A stretch of DNA of 64,000 bases from a bacterium (lineage in GTDB: Bacteria; SM23-31): positions 1,922,445 through 1,986,444 of the forward strand of contig OZ252239.1 of the NCBI GenBank assembly GCA_965249485.1, written 5' to 3'. Below are positions 51,345-62,186 of the stretch, piece by piece. The notes beneath the pieces are model-generated. The model had not been told where the DNA came from. It saw only the letters and a list, made by a program, of their open reading frames with translations, and did not search any database. Both the position numbers and the translations under genes were made by a program. The first letter of the stretch is position 1; each line of letters opens with the position of its first letter.

Positions 51345-53924
51345 TTAAAACGCAAATGTCAATCGTGCAAGACCGAGTCTGCCGATTTCCGGTGCTCCGA
51401 CCATCTCGATATGCTTGTGATCAAACAGATTCTGGACAGATATTGAAAGTTTAGTCCGAGTCGTTGACGGCAGAAGCACTCCTGCAGTCAGATCGATGGT
51501 GCTGTATGCACCTACATTCCCGATAAACACACCCGAATTGACCGGAAAGCTGTCCACCCAACGATACCGTATCTGACTGTTAATTCCGGTGCGTGAATCA
51601 TCATAATTCAGCATCAGACCGACTTTGTTTTTTGGAGCGTTAAAAGCGATATCACTCGGATCTTCTTCAAAAAAGTCTTTACTAACATACGAATATGAGC
51701 CGCTAATATTCCAGCTCGGATTGACATAGTAGGTTAAACCGATATCGGTACCTTACAGATCGATATCTCCAAAATTACGGTACGTCAGCATCAGGTCAGC
51801 AGGATGCACTGCCTGTTCCGGTTTAATCGTTCCGACAGGAATACCGGCAATTGAAGCCGCGAGGGCCTGAGCGTTTGCCGTTGGCAAGAAATTGCTCAGG
51901 TAAGCAGTCAGACTAACCGGATCATAGAAAACACTTGGTGTCTCGACACGCAGTGGTCCTATAAAATCTTTTATTTCACTGTAATAGACATCGATGTTTG
52001 CCAGAAGCTTTCTACCGAGAATACCCTTGTAGCCAACTTCAAACGTGTTATTTATTGTCGATTCCATCCGTTTGATATCGGTTACAAAGTCTGGCGTTAC
52101 GGCATCAAATTGCAGTGTTGTTGTATTCAGGTTTCTTAACACTGTGCTGACGTTAGCGTCCGTTGGAACAGGAATGCCGGAAATATCGGTTCCCTGTTGT
52201 GCAAGTATTCCGACAATGACGGGCCACAGCAGTGTTGCATCAGCAGGTAAAAATGGTGCAGATTGATCAGGGAGGATAGCCTGCATATAGAGACCGCCAA
52301 GGCCATCTGAATCTCTTCCAAAGGTGAAACCTGTTTCCGGAACACCACGTAAATAAATATTAAATGGCTGTCCTGGTCCTTCCGGCCGCGTGTTCAAGTC
52401 AAGAAACAGGTTGAGAGCGGTTGGTGTGCTGAATGATCTGTTAAAAGTAAACCGGAAAGTATTTGTAGGAGTAGGTGAGATGACAAGACCAGCCCTTGGA
52501 GAGAAAAACGGATCTTCTAATCTGCTGTGATCATCAAGTCTTCCGGCAAGCACTACTTTTACTTTTTCGTTGAGTTGAGATTCCGATTGGAGATAGACAC
52601 CGTATTCATTAATTTCATCATCATCTTCATTAATACCATTAACAGAATTTTCCGTATCGGGTCGTGTCCATAGCCCGTCAAAACCGTAGGTAAATGTTTG
52701 TATTCCGCTGAATGATGTACTGTGCTGCAGCTGGTACACGTATTGTTTTGATTTATCGATTAAGTCGCCTCCATTACGAAGAAGTATTGAATCACCGGCA
52801 TCACTCATATTAACGAATGCCTGCATAAAAAGTCGTTTATAGCGCATTCTTCCCTGAACATAACTGTAAATCCAGTTATCTACCTGAGCACCTCCTGCGC
52901 CGGTTAGTTCAATGCTTGTAGCACGGTTCAGACCGCCGTTGAGAATAAAAGTCAGGTCGTTATTAACTCGAAAATCGAGCCGTCCGTCGAAACCAAGTTT
53001 CTCAACATCGAAATTACGGGCAACAACTTCAGCAGGATCGACATACTTAAAATCCTCACCCCGTGAATAGTTTGCGGAAAGTTTATATCCGACTTTGTTT
53101 TCATTACTCCCTGCATGGCGGAACGATGCCATGAACAAGCTCCGTTCACCGCCAGATATGCTGAGTGATGTTCCTTCGGAACCAAACGGTGATCTTGTAA
53201 TCATATGGAGGACACCATTTGCACTGTTTGGGCCATACAGAGCCGACCCGGGGCCGCGAACAATCTCCATACGTTCAATATCTTCATTGGCTGTCGGAAT
53301 AAAATTATAGGCATTATACCTCAGTGATGGAACGCGTGAAAACCGGTTGTCAACGATAGAGAGTAATGAACCGGAAAAAACATTGTTGAATCCTCTTACA
53401 ACAACATTTGCCTGATTCAATCCCGACTTTACAACATCGACACCCGGTAATCCAATGAGATGGTCGATCGGTGTCATGGTTTGCCGATTTTGAATCTGTG
53501 CACGTTCAATAACGCTGACAGATGCCGGCGCGTCAAGCATTTTTTCCTGACGTAGTGAGGCAGTTACAATTATTTGTTCCGCCTCGAACACCCCGGGAAC
53601 CATTGGAATCTCTATACGTTTTCTTTCTCCCGCGGAAAACGACTCATTCTCAAACACAACACTTTCGTACCCAAGATACGAAATAATCACAGTATGGATT
53701 TCCGGGGGAATTCCGCCGAGTACAAATTTGCCGGCATTTTTCGTTGAAGTACCCTGGGTCCGCAAATCACCCTCTGTCGTAAGAACAATGTTTGCTCCCA
53801 CAAGTGGATTGCCGTTCTCACTATCAGTGACAAATCCTTCAAGAACTGCTGATTGAGCATATACGAATGATGATAAACATAAAAAAGGAATGATCACTGC
53901 AAAAATTTTGATTGATTTGAGCAT
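51345..53924 (-). pseudogene. TonB-dependent outer-membrane receptor (CarboxypepD_reg-like N-domain, plug and barrel), interrupted by an in-frame TAA near the C-terminal barrel
   Basis: Signal peptide, a plug with a TonB-box region and a C-terminal ...LTFAF. The 723-aa and 89-aa ORFs are in the same frame (...NFGDIDL[TAA at 51753-51755]GTDIGLTYYVNPSW...MLNYDD...). Confidence 0.7.
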
Positions 53925-54309
53925 ACCATTCTCCTTTCACGAACAAAAGAGATTATTTACTTTCATATTCATATAACTGAATTGCCATTACGCAAGCTGT
54001 AAATAATATATTAGACAAATTCCTCAAAAGGAGTAACTATGAATACATAGCAGCGCTTTCCTAAAATAAAAATAATAGGATTCAGCTTTAAATATATTGT
54101 GTGTAAGCAAGGAAATCAATATTTTTCTTTTTTTCTTGGAAAGAATATTTTGTGCAAATTTTGAAAGTGGGGGAATTCCGGTGCAAATATAAAAACCTGC
54201 AATAGAAGTTTCGTAACGAATAGGTATTTTTGAAATTTGAAACAGACACCTGAGAAATGTGAGGTATGTGTACTCAAATAGATATTATGAGGACGATGCA
54301 AAGATTGAC

Positions 54310-55443
54310 TTAAAATAAATTTGAGAAATGGGTCAAACGTTCCTTATACTGCGTGGAGCCAAGGAATCCTTCTAAAGCATCTCGGTAGTGAATCAAAAAA
54401 TCGATAGCTTCGATCTTCAGTTCATGTGGCGATGATTCGTCGACTATAGAAACGTAGAGCTCATAAATTTCATACACAACAAGATCAATCAATTCAGCAT
54501 TTTGAATTGTCTGGAGATAAACAAACCATTCGTTTTTTTGCGTGGAAAGATCAGAGATTTGTCGAATCGTGTTTTGATATTTGAGGTATACCTCAAAATC
54601 ATCATCGCTTAACTCATCCTCATTCGGTAATTTTACGGACTCTTGTGTAATAGCGCCGCCCCTGGAATAACCTGAAGCAAGAGGCAAATTCTTGAGGGCT
54701 GATATCGTAATATCACGTGATGGCGGAGTGGTTGTGACACGTGACGCATCCGAAGTACTTTGCATACCAGTTGAAACAGCCGGATTGTCGAATGTTTTCG
54801 GATTTACTTCTATGCCGGAAATATGCTTGTCTGTTGCAATATGTGTTTTGTTGTCATGCTCATCAGCATCGTGAAAAACAATATGCGGCTGTCCTGTTGT
54901 ATTTTCAGAATCGCCTTCCGGAATGTGCACAACTTCTCTCGGGGCAGTCTCTTCTAAATCACGCGCTGTTTGACCAGATTGACCTGAAATGTCTTCAGGT
55001 TGACCTGTGTTTTCGGAGAATTGCTGTTCCGATAGTTGAGGTGTATCCGGATAGATTGCGACATCATAAATCTCTTGAGTGATGAATAAATTGAGTGCAG
55101 CAGCAGCACTGACACTAATCGCAATTCGTGCTTTTGTCGATTTAAAAAGTGTACTATGCAGAAACCTGATTTTATGTTGATTCCTGACAGTTCGTCTCAC
55201 TGTCCCTTCGATTTTTGCAGCTATATTTTCGCGTTGCTTAATCCAAAAATCTTTTCCAGGATCCTGAAACACTTCCGCCTTACCGAAATGATCAATATCA
55301 CGCAGCTGCTCAAGTTCCATAGCACAGCCGATGCAACTCCGAATATGCTGTTTTAACAGACGGTACTCTTCTTCCGGAAGTTCATTGTCAAGATATTTTG
55401 ACAATTTGTTTTTGTATTGCTCACAAAGGTTTTTCTTATCCAT
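54310..55443 (-). CDS. Zinc-binding (ZAS-type) anti-sigma factor with a long periplasmic region
   Basis: N-terminus contains HIRSCIGCAME (an HxxxCxxC motif), a single TM helix, and sits directly downstream of the ECF sigma gene. Confidence 0.65.
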   Translation of the reverse strand: MDKKNLCEQYKNKLSKYLDNELPEEEYRLLKQHIRSCIGCAMELEQLRDIDHFGKAEVFQDPGKDFWIKQRENIAAKIEGTVRRTVRNQHKIRFLHSTLFKSTKARIAISVSAAAALNLFITQEIYDVAIYPDTPQLSEQQFSENTGQPEDISGQSGQTARDLEETAPREVVHIPEGDSENTTGQPHIVFHDADEHDNKTHIATDKHISGIEVNPKTFDNPAVSTGMQSTSDASRVTTTPPSRDITISALKNLPLASGYSRGGAITQESVKLPNEDELSDDDFEVYLKYQNTIRQISDLSTQKNEWFVYLQTIQNAELIDLVVYEIYELYVSIVDESSPHELKIEAIDFLIHYRDALEGFLGSTQYKERLTHFSNLF

Positions 55444-55473
55444 TTCGGATGTCCTGCTAACTAAGGTAAAAAG

Positions 55474-56136
55474 TTACGATTTATGAATTACTTTCGATTT
55501 TTCAAGATATTTCTTTAAGGAATTCCTGGCTCGGTTTAAACGCGACATAACCGTTCCGAGTGAAATGTCCATCACATCGGCAATTTCTTTATATGATAAT
55601 TCATCATAAACTCTGAGCACAAAAACCGACCTCATATCGGGAGATAACTGATCAAGTGCATTCTGTACATGCTCCTGAAATTCTATCTGCTCATATACAT
55701 GTTCCGTATTCTTTGTATCCGGAGGATTATACTGATCGTCTTCATCACGATGCTCTCCATAATCCTCACGGTTCTTTTTTTTCTGTATAAGATTTAGTGC
55801 TGTATTGACTGCTATCCGGTATATCCATGTGTAAAACCGGTACCGTTCATCAAACCGCTCAAGATTGCTATATGCTTTGATAAAGGTGTCCTGCACAACA
55901 TCGTTCGCATCTTCCTTATTGAGTACGATCCTGATAATACTGTAATAAATTTGTTGTTGGTATCGTACAACAAGCTCATCGAATGCTGTTGAATTCCCCC
56001 TTTTTGCACTACGGATTAAATCAATATCCGATTCTTTATCTGAGCTCACATTTGAAAGTAGAAGTGAAATAAACGTTATGAGCCCGCTTACGCATCCGTA
56101 CGCCGTAAAAGCGGTATGTTCACTTATCAATACCAT
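55474..56136 (-). CDS. ECF-subfamily RNA polymerase sigma-70 factor. The true start is probably internal, and the first ~30 codons are doubtful
   Basis: Sigma-70 region 2 (FDELVVRYQQQIY...DVVQDTFIKAY) and region 4 (ELSYKEIADVMDISLGTVMSRLNRAR). Confidence 0.75.
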   Translation of the reverse strand: MVLISEHTAFTAYGCVSGLITFISLLLSNVSSDKESDIDLIRSAKRGNSTAFDELVVRYQQQIYYSIIRIVLNKEDANDVVQDTFIKAYSNLERFDERYRFYTWIYRIAVNTALNLIQKKKNREDYGEHRDEDDQYNPPDTKNTEHVYEQIEFQEHVQNALDQLSPDMRSVFVLRVYDELSYKEIADVMDISLGTVMSRLNRARNSLKKYLEKSKVIHKS

Positions 56137-56208
56137 TTTCAGATAGTTTTTATTCCATATATTTTTACATTATTAGAAAAATTGTGTACGTTCACATTAA
56201 ATGACGTT

Positions 56209-56820
56209 TTAATTCGGCTTGACACCGATACGAACATTCTCACCCAATATCCACTTTCTTAGAAAATTAAAACTTCCGTATGTGGATAATGCCGTTACTG
56301 CAGTAGCGGCGGCAAAGTCGAGTTTTCTCTTGTCGTTCCATGCCTGAGCTGCAATGATTCCCCATATTGCTGTCTGACCTACGGAGCCCAGTGCACTCCA
56401 TGCTTTGACGGGTGGAGAGAGACCGGTATTCATATCACCATGAGGCCATGCGGTAAAATAATTCCAGTCAAGGGATACATCATTCTGCAGAATCTGGTCT
56501 GATTGCATAGATGAACTTTTGTAGGTGTTATTAAGTGGAAAGTGATAGTCGGTATATTTTGAAGCAGTATGATTGTTATAGTATGTTAAGTATTCGTACA
56601 GATATTTCGCACTGTTATCAGACAGTGAATTAAAAACCTCCATTGTTACCATAGAGTCATTTAGAGACTGGCTTGCATCTGAGGTCTGAGGAAATCCCTC
56701 TGAGGAGAATGTACAAAAAAGAGTAAAGGTTACACAAAATTGTGCGAATAAGAATCGATTTCTCTTTTGATAGTCATAGAGGAGGTAGTACGTTATGATC
56801 GATGCCCAAGTTTTAATCAT
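56209..56820 (-). CDS. Hypothetical secreted protein, paralog A
   Basis: C-terminal block TAIWGIIAAQAWNDKRKLDFAAATAVTALSTYG is shared with the upstream paralog. Confidence 0.45.
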   Translation of the reverse strand: MIKTWASIITYYLLYDYQKRNRFLFAQFCVTFTLFCTFSSEGFPQTSDASQSLNDSMVTMEVFNSLSDNSAKYLYEYLTYYNNHTASKYTDYHFPLNNTYKSSSMQSDQILQNDVSLDWNYFTAWPHGDMNTGLSPPVKAWSALGSVGQTAIWGIIAAQAWNDKRKLDFAAATAVTALSTYGSFNFLRKWILGENVRIGVKPN

Positions 56821-56941
56821 CGATATTGCTCACCATTTGCTTCCTCCAGTACTATCCCGTAAACAATTAAGATTTATAATTCTGAAATATTACTAAATAC
56901 TTAGACGATTTAAAACGGTGAGAAGTTTCTATACATGTCTG

Positions 56942-57505
56942 TTAATGCCAATAATCCCAAAATTTAATATAGTCTAAGAGACCATATTTTTTTTGAAGTA
57001 TTATAGCAAGCGCAAAAGAAGAAGCTATAAAATTGGCATTATTACCATTCTCAAAAGCTTGCACTGCTAAAATCCCCCATGCAGTGGTTTCTCCCAGATC
57101 ACTTGCAATTTGCATTAATGTTTCAGGTGTGGAGTATCCTGCTCGTGCAAATTCACTATTTCTTGCTTCTGTAAACTCTTTCCAATGAATTTGGGAAACT
57201 TTATTCGATTGTGTAACTGCTGTGTCTTGCTCTGAATAGTTACTATTGTTAGGATTTAACTTTTTTGAATAAAAATACTGCAATATCTGAGATTTTTTAC
57301 TTTGTTGCAGAGCATTAAAGAGTTGTGCAGCATCACTATCAAAAGAGAAATTATTTTTGCCAATTGAAATTTCAGTTGAATCGATCGATTGGTCCCGATT
57401 AGACATATCCTGAGAATACTCTTCGTTTAAATAACCGGTTAGCAACGTTGTATATACCAAAGCTGCTATAAAAAAAAGTGCAAGTATTGAGTATTTAGTA
57501 CTCAT
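56942..57505 (-). CDS. Hypothetical secreted protein, paralog B
   Basis: Signal peptide MSTKYSILALFFIAALVYTT and the C-terminal block TTAWGILAVQAFENGNNANFIASSFALAIIL. Confidence 0.45.
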   Translation of the reverse strand: MSTKYSILALFFIAALVYTTLLTGYLNEEYSQDMSNRDQSIDSTEISIGKNNFSFDSDAAQLFNALQQSKKSQILQYFYSKKLNPNNSNYSEQDTAVTQSNKVSQIHWKEFTEARNSEFARAGYSTPETLMQIASDLGETTAWGILAVQAFENGNNANFIASSFALAIILQKKYGLLDYIKFWDYWH

Positions 57506-57757
57506 TGTTAAAAATGCCGGTTATTCACTAAATGTCGCAGATTCAATGGTGGTTTGTATTTTTCTTCACAAAATCACTATTTAGAGTGTTAGACGTACAA
57601 TACTTGTAAAAAGTTTCTGGAAGAGTATTTTAGTTTTGATGAATAGGTGAGAGCATTCACGAATTTGTGTAGAGTTTGAATGAATTTTTTTGTACATTTT
57701 ATTTTTTTTGAAAATCTGTGGTAATCCCCCGATTCGATTGTTAAATATTGTATCCTC

Positions 57758-59587
57758 ATGAAACTGAAAGAAATACTTCTGCTAACACCTTTTCGAGGAG
57801 CAGGTCCACTCAGCAAACTGCTCGGTCTCGCAGGTTTAGTGGGTCTGATTGCAGGTCTCGGAGCAATATTATTCTATTGGCTCCTGAATATGAGTCAGTA
57901 TTTTTTTATGGATTATCTCACTGGGTACCGTCCCATGGGTCCGGCAGGTGAACCGTCTCTCATTGGCGAATCGGATACGGTATTTAATCCATTTTTATTT
58001 TTTATAATTCCGGCAATAGGAGGGCTTTTGAGCGGTTTTCTAGTATACTGGTTAGCACCGGAAGCAGAAGGACACGGTACTGATGCTGCAATAGAAACTT
58101 TTCACCTGAGGCAGGGTTTAGTCCGGGCACGAACACCTTTCGTTAAAATAATTTCCTCTGCTCTAACGATTGGCTCGGGAGGTTCGGGTGGAAGAGAAGG
58201 GCCGATAGCTCAGATCGGTTCTGGATTCGGATCACTCCTCGGCCAATGGCTCGGACTTTCACCACAAGATCGCCGTATTCTTATGATTGCAGGCATGGGA
58301 GCCGGAATCGGCGCAATTTTTCATGCGCCTCTGGCAGGAGCACTTTTCGCGAGTGAAGTGTTGTACAGAGAAACAGAATTCGAATATGAGGTTCTGGTTC
58401 CGACGATGATAGCTTCGTCAATCGCCTACGGTGTGTTCAATACACAATTCGGATGGCAGCCTCTTTTTGAAACACCTGGTTTCCGGTTTGAAAATGCACT
58501 TCAATTAATACCTTATACAATTCTGGCAATAGTCGTTGCATTTGCTGCAAAGCTTTTTATCAAACTTTTTTACTATACTCGTGATAAGTTTGTCGCAATG
58601 CCCGGTCCACCCCACATCAAGCCGATGATAGGCGGTCTGTTGGTTGGTGCTGTTGGGTATTTCATACCACAGGCTGTCGGAACCGGTTACGGAATTCTCC
58701 AGCAAGGCCTTGATATACCTGATGGTCCGATGACGCTTCAACTCTTGCTCATTGTTGCGGTAGCAAAAATGTTCACAACTTCGTTCTCGATTGGTTCCGG
58801 AGGGTCCGGGGGTGTTTTTGGTCCGTCAGTAGTTATCGGTGGTGCACTCGGCGGAGCAGTTGGGATGGTGTTTCTGCTCTATTTCGACCAGTTTGGAATT
58901 GCACCGGGAGCATTTGTGATAGTCGGAATGGCAGGTTTCTTTTCTGCGGCAGCGAATACGCCTATATCGATGGTTATTATGGTCAGTGAAATGACAGGAA
59001 ATTACTTCCTGCTCGTGCCTGCTATGTGGGTAAATGTGATAGCATTCTTCCTCAACAGAAAGACATCCCTTTACGAAAGTCAATTTCCAACACGTCTTGA
59101 TTCCCCAGCACATTTTGGAAATTTTATGGAAGAAATTCTCCGCCAGTTGCGTGTGAAAGATGCTGTCAGTACTCCATTAGAATGGGTTATGCCGAAAGTG
59201 CACCGGAATACAACTCTCATTGAACTGCTCGATTTTCTTGCAACAACGGATTCAAATATTTTCCCTGTATTGAACGATGAAGACGAACTTATCGGTATGA
59301 TCGATGCGCGCGAAGTCAGAACGATGTATAGGGACAAAGAAATTGCGCCACTTGTTATCGCACAGGATTTTCTACAAAATCCGATTACCGTCACCTATAA
59401 CGATTCACTTTTTACTGCAATGCGCCTTCAGCATGAAAATAATGTGCGTGATCTGATAGTTGTTGATGCCGAAAATCCAAAAAACATTGTCGATATTCTC
59501 CGCGGAAGTGATATAGTATCCTCATATGATAAAGAAATTAAGCGGTCTTTACATGATATTCGGCGGGATATTAAGAACCTTGGTTAA
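57758..59587 (+). CDS. ClC-family chloride channel/transporter with C-terminal CBS domains
   Basis: GSGGSGGREGP and GSGGSGG selectivity-filter motifs, multiple TM helices and a C-terminal CBS pair. Confidence 0.8.
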   Translation: MKLKEILLLTPFRGAGPLSKLLGLAGLVGLIAGLGAILFYWLLNMSQYFFMDYLTGYRPMGPAGEPSLIGESDTVFNPFLFFIIPAIGGLLSGFLVYWLAPEAEGHGTDAAIETFHLRQGLVRARTPFVKIISSALTIGSGGSGGREGPIAQIGSGFGSLLGQWLGLSPQDRRILMIAGMGAGIGAIFHAPLAGALFASEVLYRETEFEYEVLVPTMIASSIAYGVFNTQFGWQPLFETPGFRFENALQLIPYTILAIVVAFAAKLFIKLFYYTRDKFVAMPGPPHIKPMIGGLLVGAVGYFIPQAVGTGYGILQQGLDIPDGPMTLQLLLIVAVAKMFTTSFSIGSGGSGGVFGPSVVIGGALGGAVGMVFLLYFDQFGIAPGAFVIVGMAGFFSAAANTPISMVIMVSEMTGNYFLLVPAMWVNVIAFFLNRKTSLYESQFPTRLDSPAHFGNFMEEILRQLRVKDAVSTPLEWVMPKVHRNTTLIELLDFLATTDSNIFPVLNDEDELIGMIDAREVRTMYRDKEIAPLVIAQDFLQNPITVTYNDSLFTAMRLQHENNVRDLIVVDAENPKNIVDILRGSDIVSSYDKEIKRSLHDIRRDIKNLG

Positions 59588-59945
59588 TTTCAGAAACTTA
59601 CGGACTGCTTCGATTCATGCTTCGTGCATTACTATTGAATAAACACTCAAATTTATTCCTTGTTTATGATATGTCTTTACTGAGATATAGATGTGAAAAA
59701 TTTGGGGAACTATTTAAATTACCTTTGCGTTAACCCGTGTAAAATATCCCTAGTAGATATCTATTAGAGAAGTATTTACTAATTATGCTGTGTTATTTTC
59801 CATATTGAGCGCTAATACTACATTAAAAATTAAAAAATCTTTGAATTATTATTAGAGCAAGTTGTATATTATTATACATTAAGTTCTAGAATTGTATCAA
59901 ATGTATTCAAAAATCGCATATCCAAACCAATAGAGGAGGAGTGGC

Positions 59946-60551
59946 ATGAAAAAGGTAATGACTCTTACCATTATTTTATTTCTTGCGTTTGCCATGGTTG
60001 CATTTGCAAATGACGGATTGAAATACGAAGTCGGCAAAAAGGTTTCCGATATAAAATTGAACGATCATGATGGCAAAGGTTTTAACCTTGAAAAGACCCT
60101 TGCAGATGATGGTGTGAAGGGTGTTGTGTTTATATTTGTCTCCGAACAATGTCCGGTAAGCAGGGCCTGTGACGAACGGTATGTCGAATTGACATCCGAG
60201 TTCAAAAAACAGGGTGTGGAATTGATCGGTATTAATTCCAATTATACGGAATCGATTGCTGTAATGAAAAAACATGCTGAGAAAAATAGTTATAACTTCC
60301 GTATTCTGAAAGATTGGAATAATGTTGTCGCCGACCGTTTCGAAGCGCTTTATACACCGCACGCATACTTTATCGGAAAAGACCACACATTGCTTTATAA
60401 AGGTAGAATTGATGATAATCATCGTAATGCCGGCAAAGTCAATGAAAGAACCCTTGCAAATGCAGTGAGTGCATATGTTGGCGGAGATAAAATTGCTGTT
60501 ACTGAAACGATGTCAAACGGATGTGAGATTAAACGAGTTGATTCTCAGTAA
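59946..60551 (+). CDS. Secreted thioredoxin-fold (redoxin / AhpC-TSA family) protein
   Basis: Signal peptide plus a redoxin fold with cysteines at SEQCPVSRAC. Confidence 0.6.
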   Translation: MKKVMTLTIILFLAFAMVAFANDGLKYEVGKKVSDIKLNDHDGKGFNLEKTLADDGVKGVVFIFVSEQCPVSRACDERYVELTSEFKKQGVELIGINSNYTESIAVMKKHAEKNSYNFRILKDWNNVVADRFEALYTPHAYFIGKDHTLLYKGRIDDNHRNAGKVNERTLANAVSAYVGGDKIAVTETMSNGCEIKRVDSQ

Positions 60552-60568
60552 AGTTGAATTTTATGTAA

Positions 60569-60600
60569 AGAGCCCGCACTTATTGTGGGCTCTTTTTTTT
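60569..60600 (+). terminator. Rho-independent terminator
   Basis: Stem agagcccgca / tgtgggctct with a 5-nt loop, followed by T7. Confidence 0.7.
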
Positions 60601-60611
60601 GGGAAACCTGA

Positions 60612-61127
60612 ATGCATACTATGAAATTATTTATGTTTTTATGTTTTTTGGTAGTGGTTGGATGTGGAACGCAGACATCTACTGTTGATGGTGACATTAA
60701 TGTAGTTGTCGCAGATGCTGAAATTGTTAACAAGTCAATTGCAGATAAAAAAGGAAAAGTCATCCTCGTAAATTTCTGGGCAACCTGGTGTGAACCATGT
60801 GTAGAAGAGTTTCCCGATATGGTCATGCTCTATAATAAATATAAAGAGAGCGGGCTTGATGTCATTACCATTTCATACGATTTTGAAGACCAGATCGGGT
60901 CTCATGTTATTCCATATCTGAAAAAAGAAAACGCAGATTTTACGAACCTTATTCAGGGAGAAGATGTTGTTGATCAGGAATTTATGCAAGGTATCGATGG
61001 CGGCCTGAAAGGTGTTCTTCCTACAACCTTATTGTATGACCGGAATGGTACAAGGCAGCATCTGATTCTCGGAAAATTCAACACATTGGATCTCGAGGAA
61101 AAGATTATTTCATTGCTTGATGAATGA
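60612..61127 (+). CDS. TlpA/ResA-like thiol:disulfide oxidoreductase lipoprotein
   Basis: Lipobox VVVGCG and the thioredoxin motif WATWCEPC. Confidence 0.75.
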   Translation: MHTMKLFMFLCFLVVVGCGTQTSTVDGDINVVVADAEIVNKSIADKKGKVILVNFWATWCEPCVEEFPDMVMLYNKYKESGLDVITISYDFEDQIGSHVIPYLKKENADFTNLIQGEDVVDQEFMQGIDGGLKGVLPTTLLYDRNGTRQHLILGKFNTLDLEEKIISLLDE

Positions 61128-61163
61128 GAATTAACATTGAGTAAATAAGTTCTGAATTTAGTA

Positions 61164-61196
61164 ATACCGGCTCCTACAGGGTCGGTATTTTTTTTG
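61164..61196 (+). terminator. Rho-independent terminator
   Basis: Stem ataccggc / gtcggtat followed by T8. Confidence 0.6.
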
Positions 61197-61265
61197 TGTC
61201 GTGATACAATTAGATGCAGTATATTATTGACTCAAAGATTCCAATTTTAATACAATTACTAATCA

Positions 61266-61985
61266 ATGGAGTTCCAAATTGTGAATAATATAAAAATTGC
61301 TCTTGTTACAGGTGGTAATAAGGGAATAGGATTAGAGATTTGCAGGCAGCTTGCTCAACGGGATATCACTGTGATTCTCACTGCCCGGAGCCATGAAAAA
61401 GGTTTTCAGGTTTGTGAATCTCTCAAAAAAGAAAGAATCTACGTCGAGTTCAGACAGCTCGATGTAACAGCATTCGATTCGTTTCACGGTTTTGCAGAAT
61501 CATTACGCACAGATTTTGGCCGTCTCGATATTTTAATCAATAATTCCCGAATTCTGATTGACCAAGAACTTACCGGTCTGACTGTCACGAAAGAAATATT
61601 TACGAAAACATTGGAAACAAATTTATATGGCCCCTTGTTTTTATGTCAGGTCGTTATTCCGCTCATGAAACAAAATAATTTCGGCCGAATTGTGAATTTG
61701 TCAAGCGATTTAGGTGCTTTGCATAAAATAGGAGCCGGATATCCAGCTTACCGGGTTTCAAAAACTGCCCTGAACGCGGTTACTGCTAACTTAGCAGCTG
61801 AGGTCATGGAGCACAATATATTGATTAACGCCGTCCATCCGGGTTGGGTTCGGACAGACATGGGCGGTCAGAATGCTGAGCGTTCTATAGAAGAAGGCGC
61901 CGATACTGCGGTATGGCTCGCTCTATTACAGGATGATGGTCCGACAGGAGGGTTCTTTTGGGAAAAAAAGCAGTTTCAGTGGTAA
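61266..61985 (+). CDS. Short-chain dehydrogenase/reductase (carbonyl-reductase-like SDR)
   Basis: Cofactor-binding motif TGGNKGIG and the catalytic YxxxK (YRVSK). Confidence 0.8.
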   Translation: MEFQIVNNIKIALVTGGNKGIGLEICRQLAQRDITVILTARSHEKGFQVCESLKKERIYVEFRQLDVTAFDSFHGFAESLRTDFGRLDILINNSRILIDQELTGLTVTKEIFTKTLETNLYGPLFLCQVVIPLMKQNNFGRIVNLSSDLGALHKIGAGYPAYRVSKTALNAVTANLAAEVMEHNILINAVHPGWVRTDMGGQNAERSIEEGADTAVWLALLQDDGPTGGFFWEKKQFQW

Positions 61986-62186
61986 TGTATATAGATTAAA
62001 AAGTGGTACATTATCTATAAATATTTCTTATATTGTAGCAGTTATAAAGAATTTCAGGCTGCACTGGAAATTACATATCCTATACAGTAAAACTATTGCA
62101 GTTTCCTCAATTTTTGTGTATCTGCGCAGGTACTCCCGTCATGCAAATCTATAGCTATTTACATTATTTTTATATACGAGGTAGAT

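Noticed and set aside
51741-51767. The sequence gatatcGGTACCttacagATCGATatc around the receptor stop codon looks like a string of restriction sites (EcoRV, KpnI, ClaI, EcoRV), which could suggest a cloning scar.
   Set aside because: The same nucleotides encode the repetitive peptide DIDL*GTDIG in the receptor frame. The palindromes are most simply explained by Asp-Ile and Gly-Thr codons, and there is no vector-like flanking sequence.
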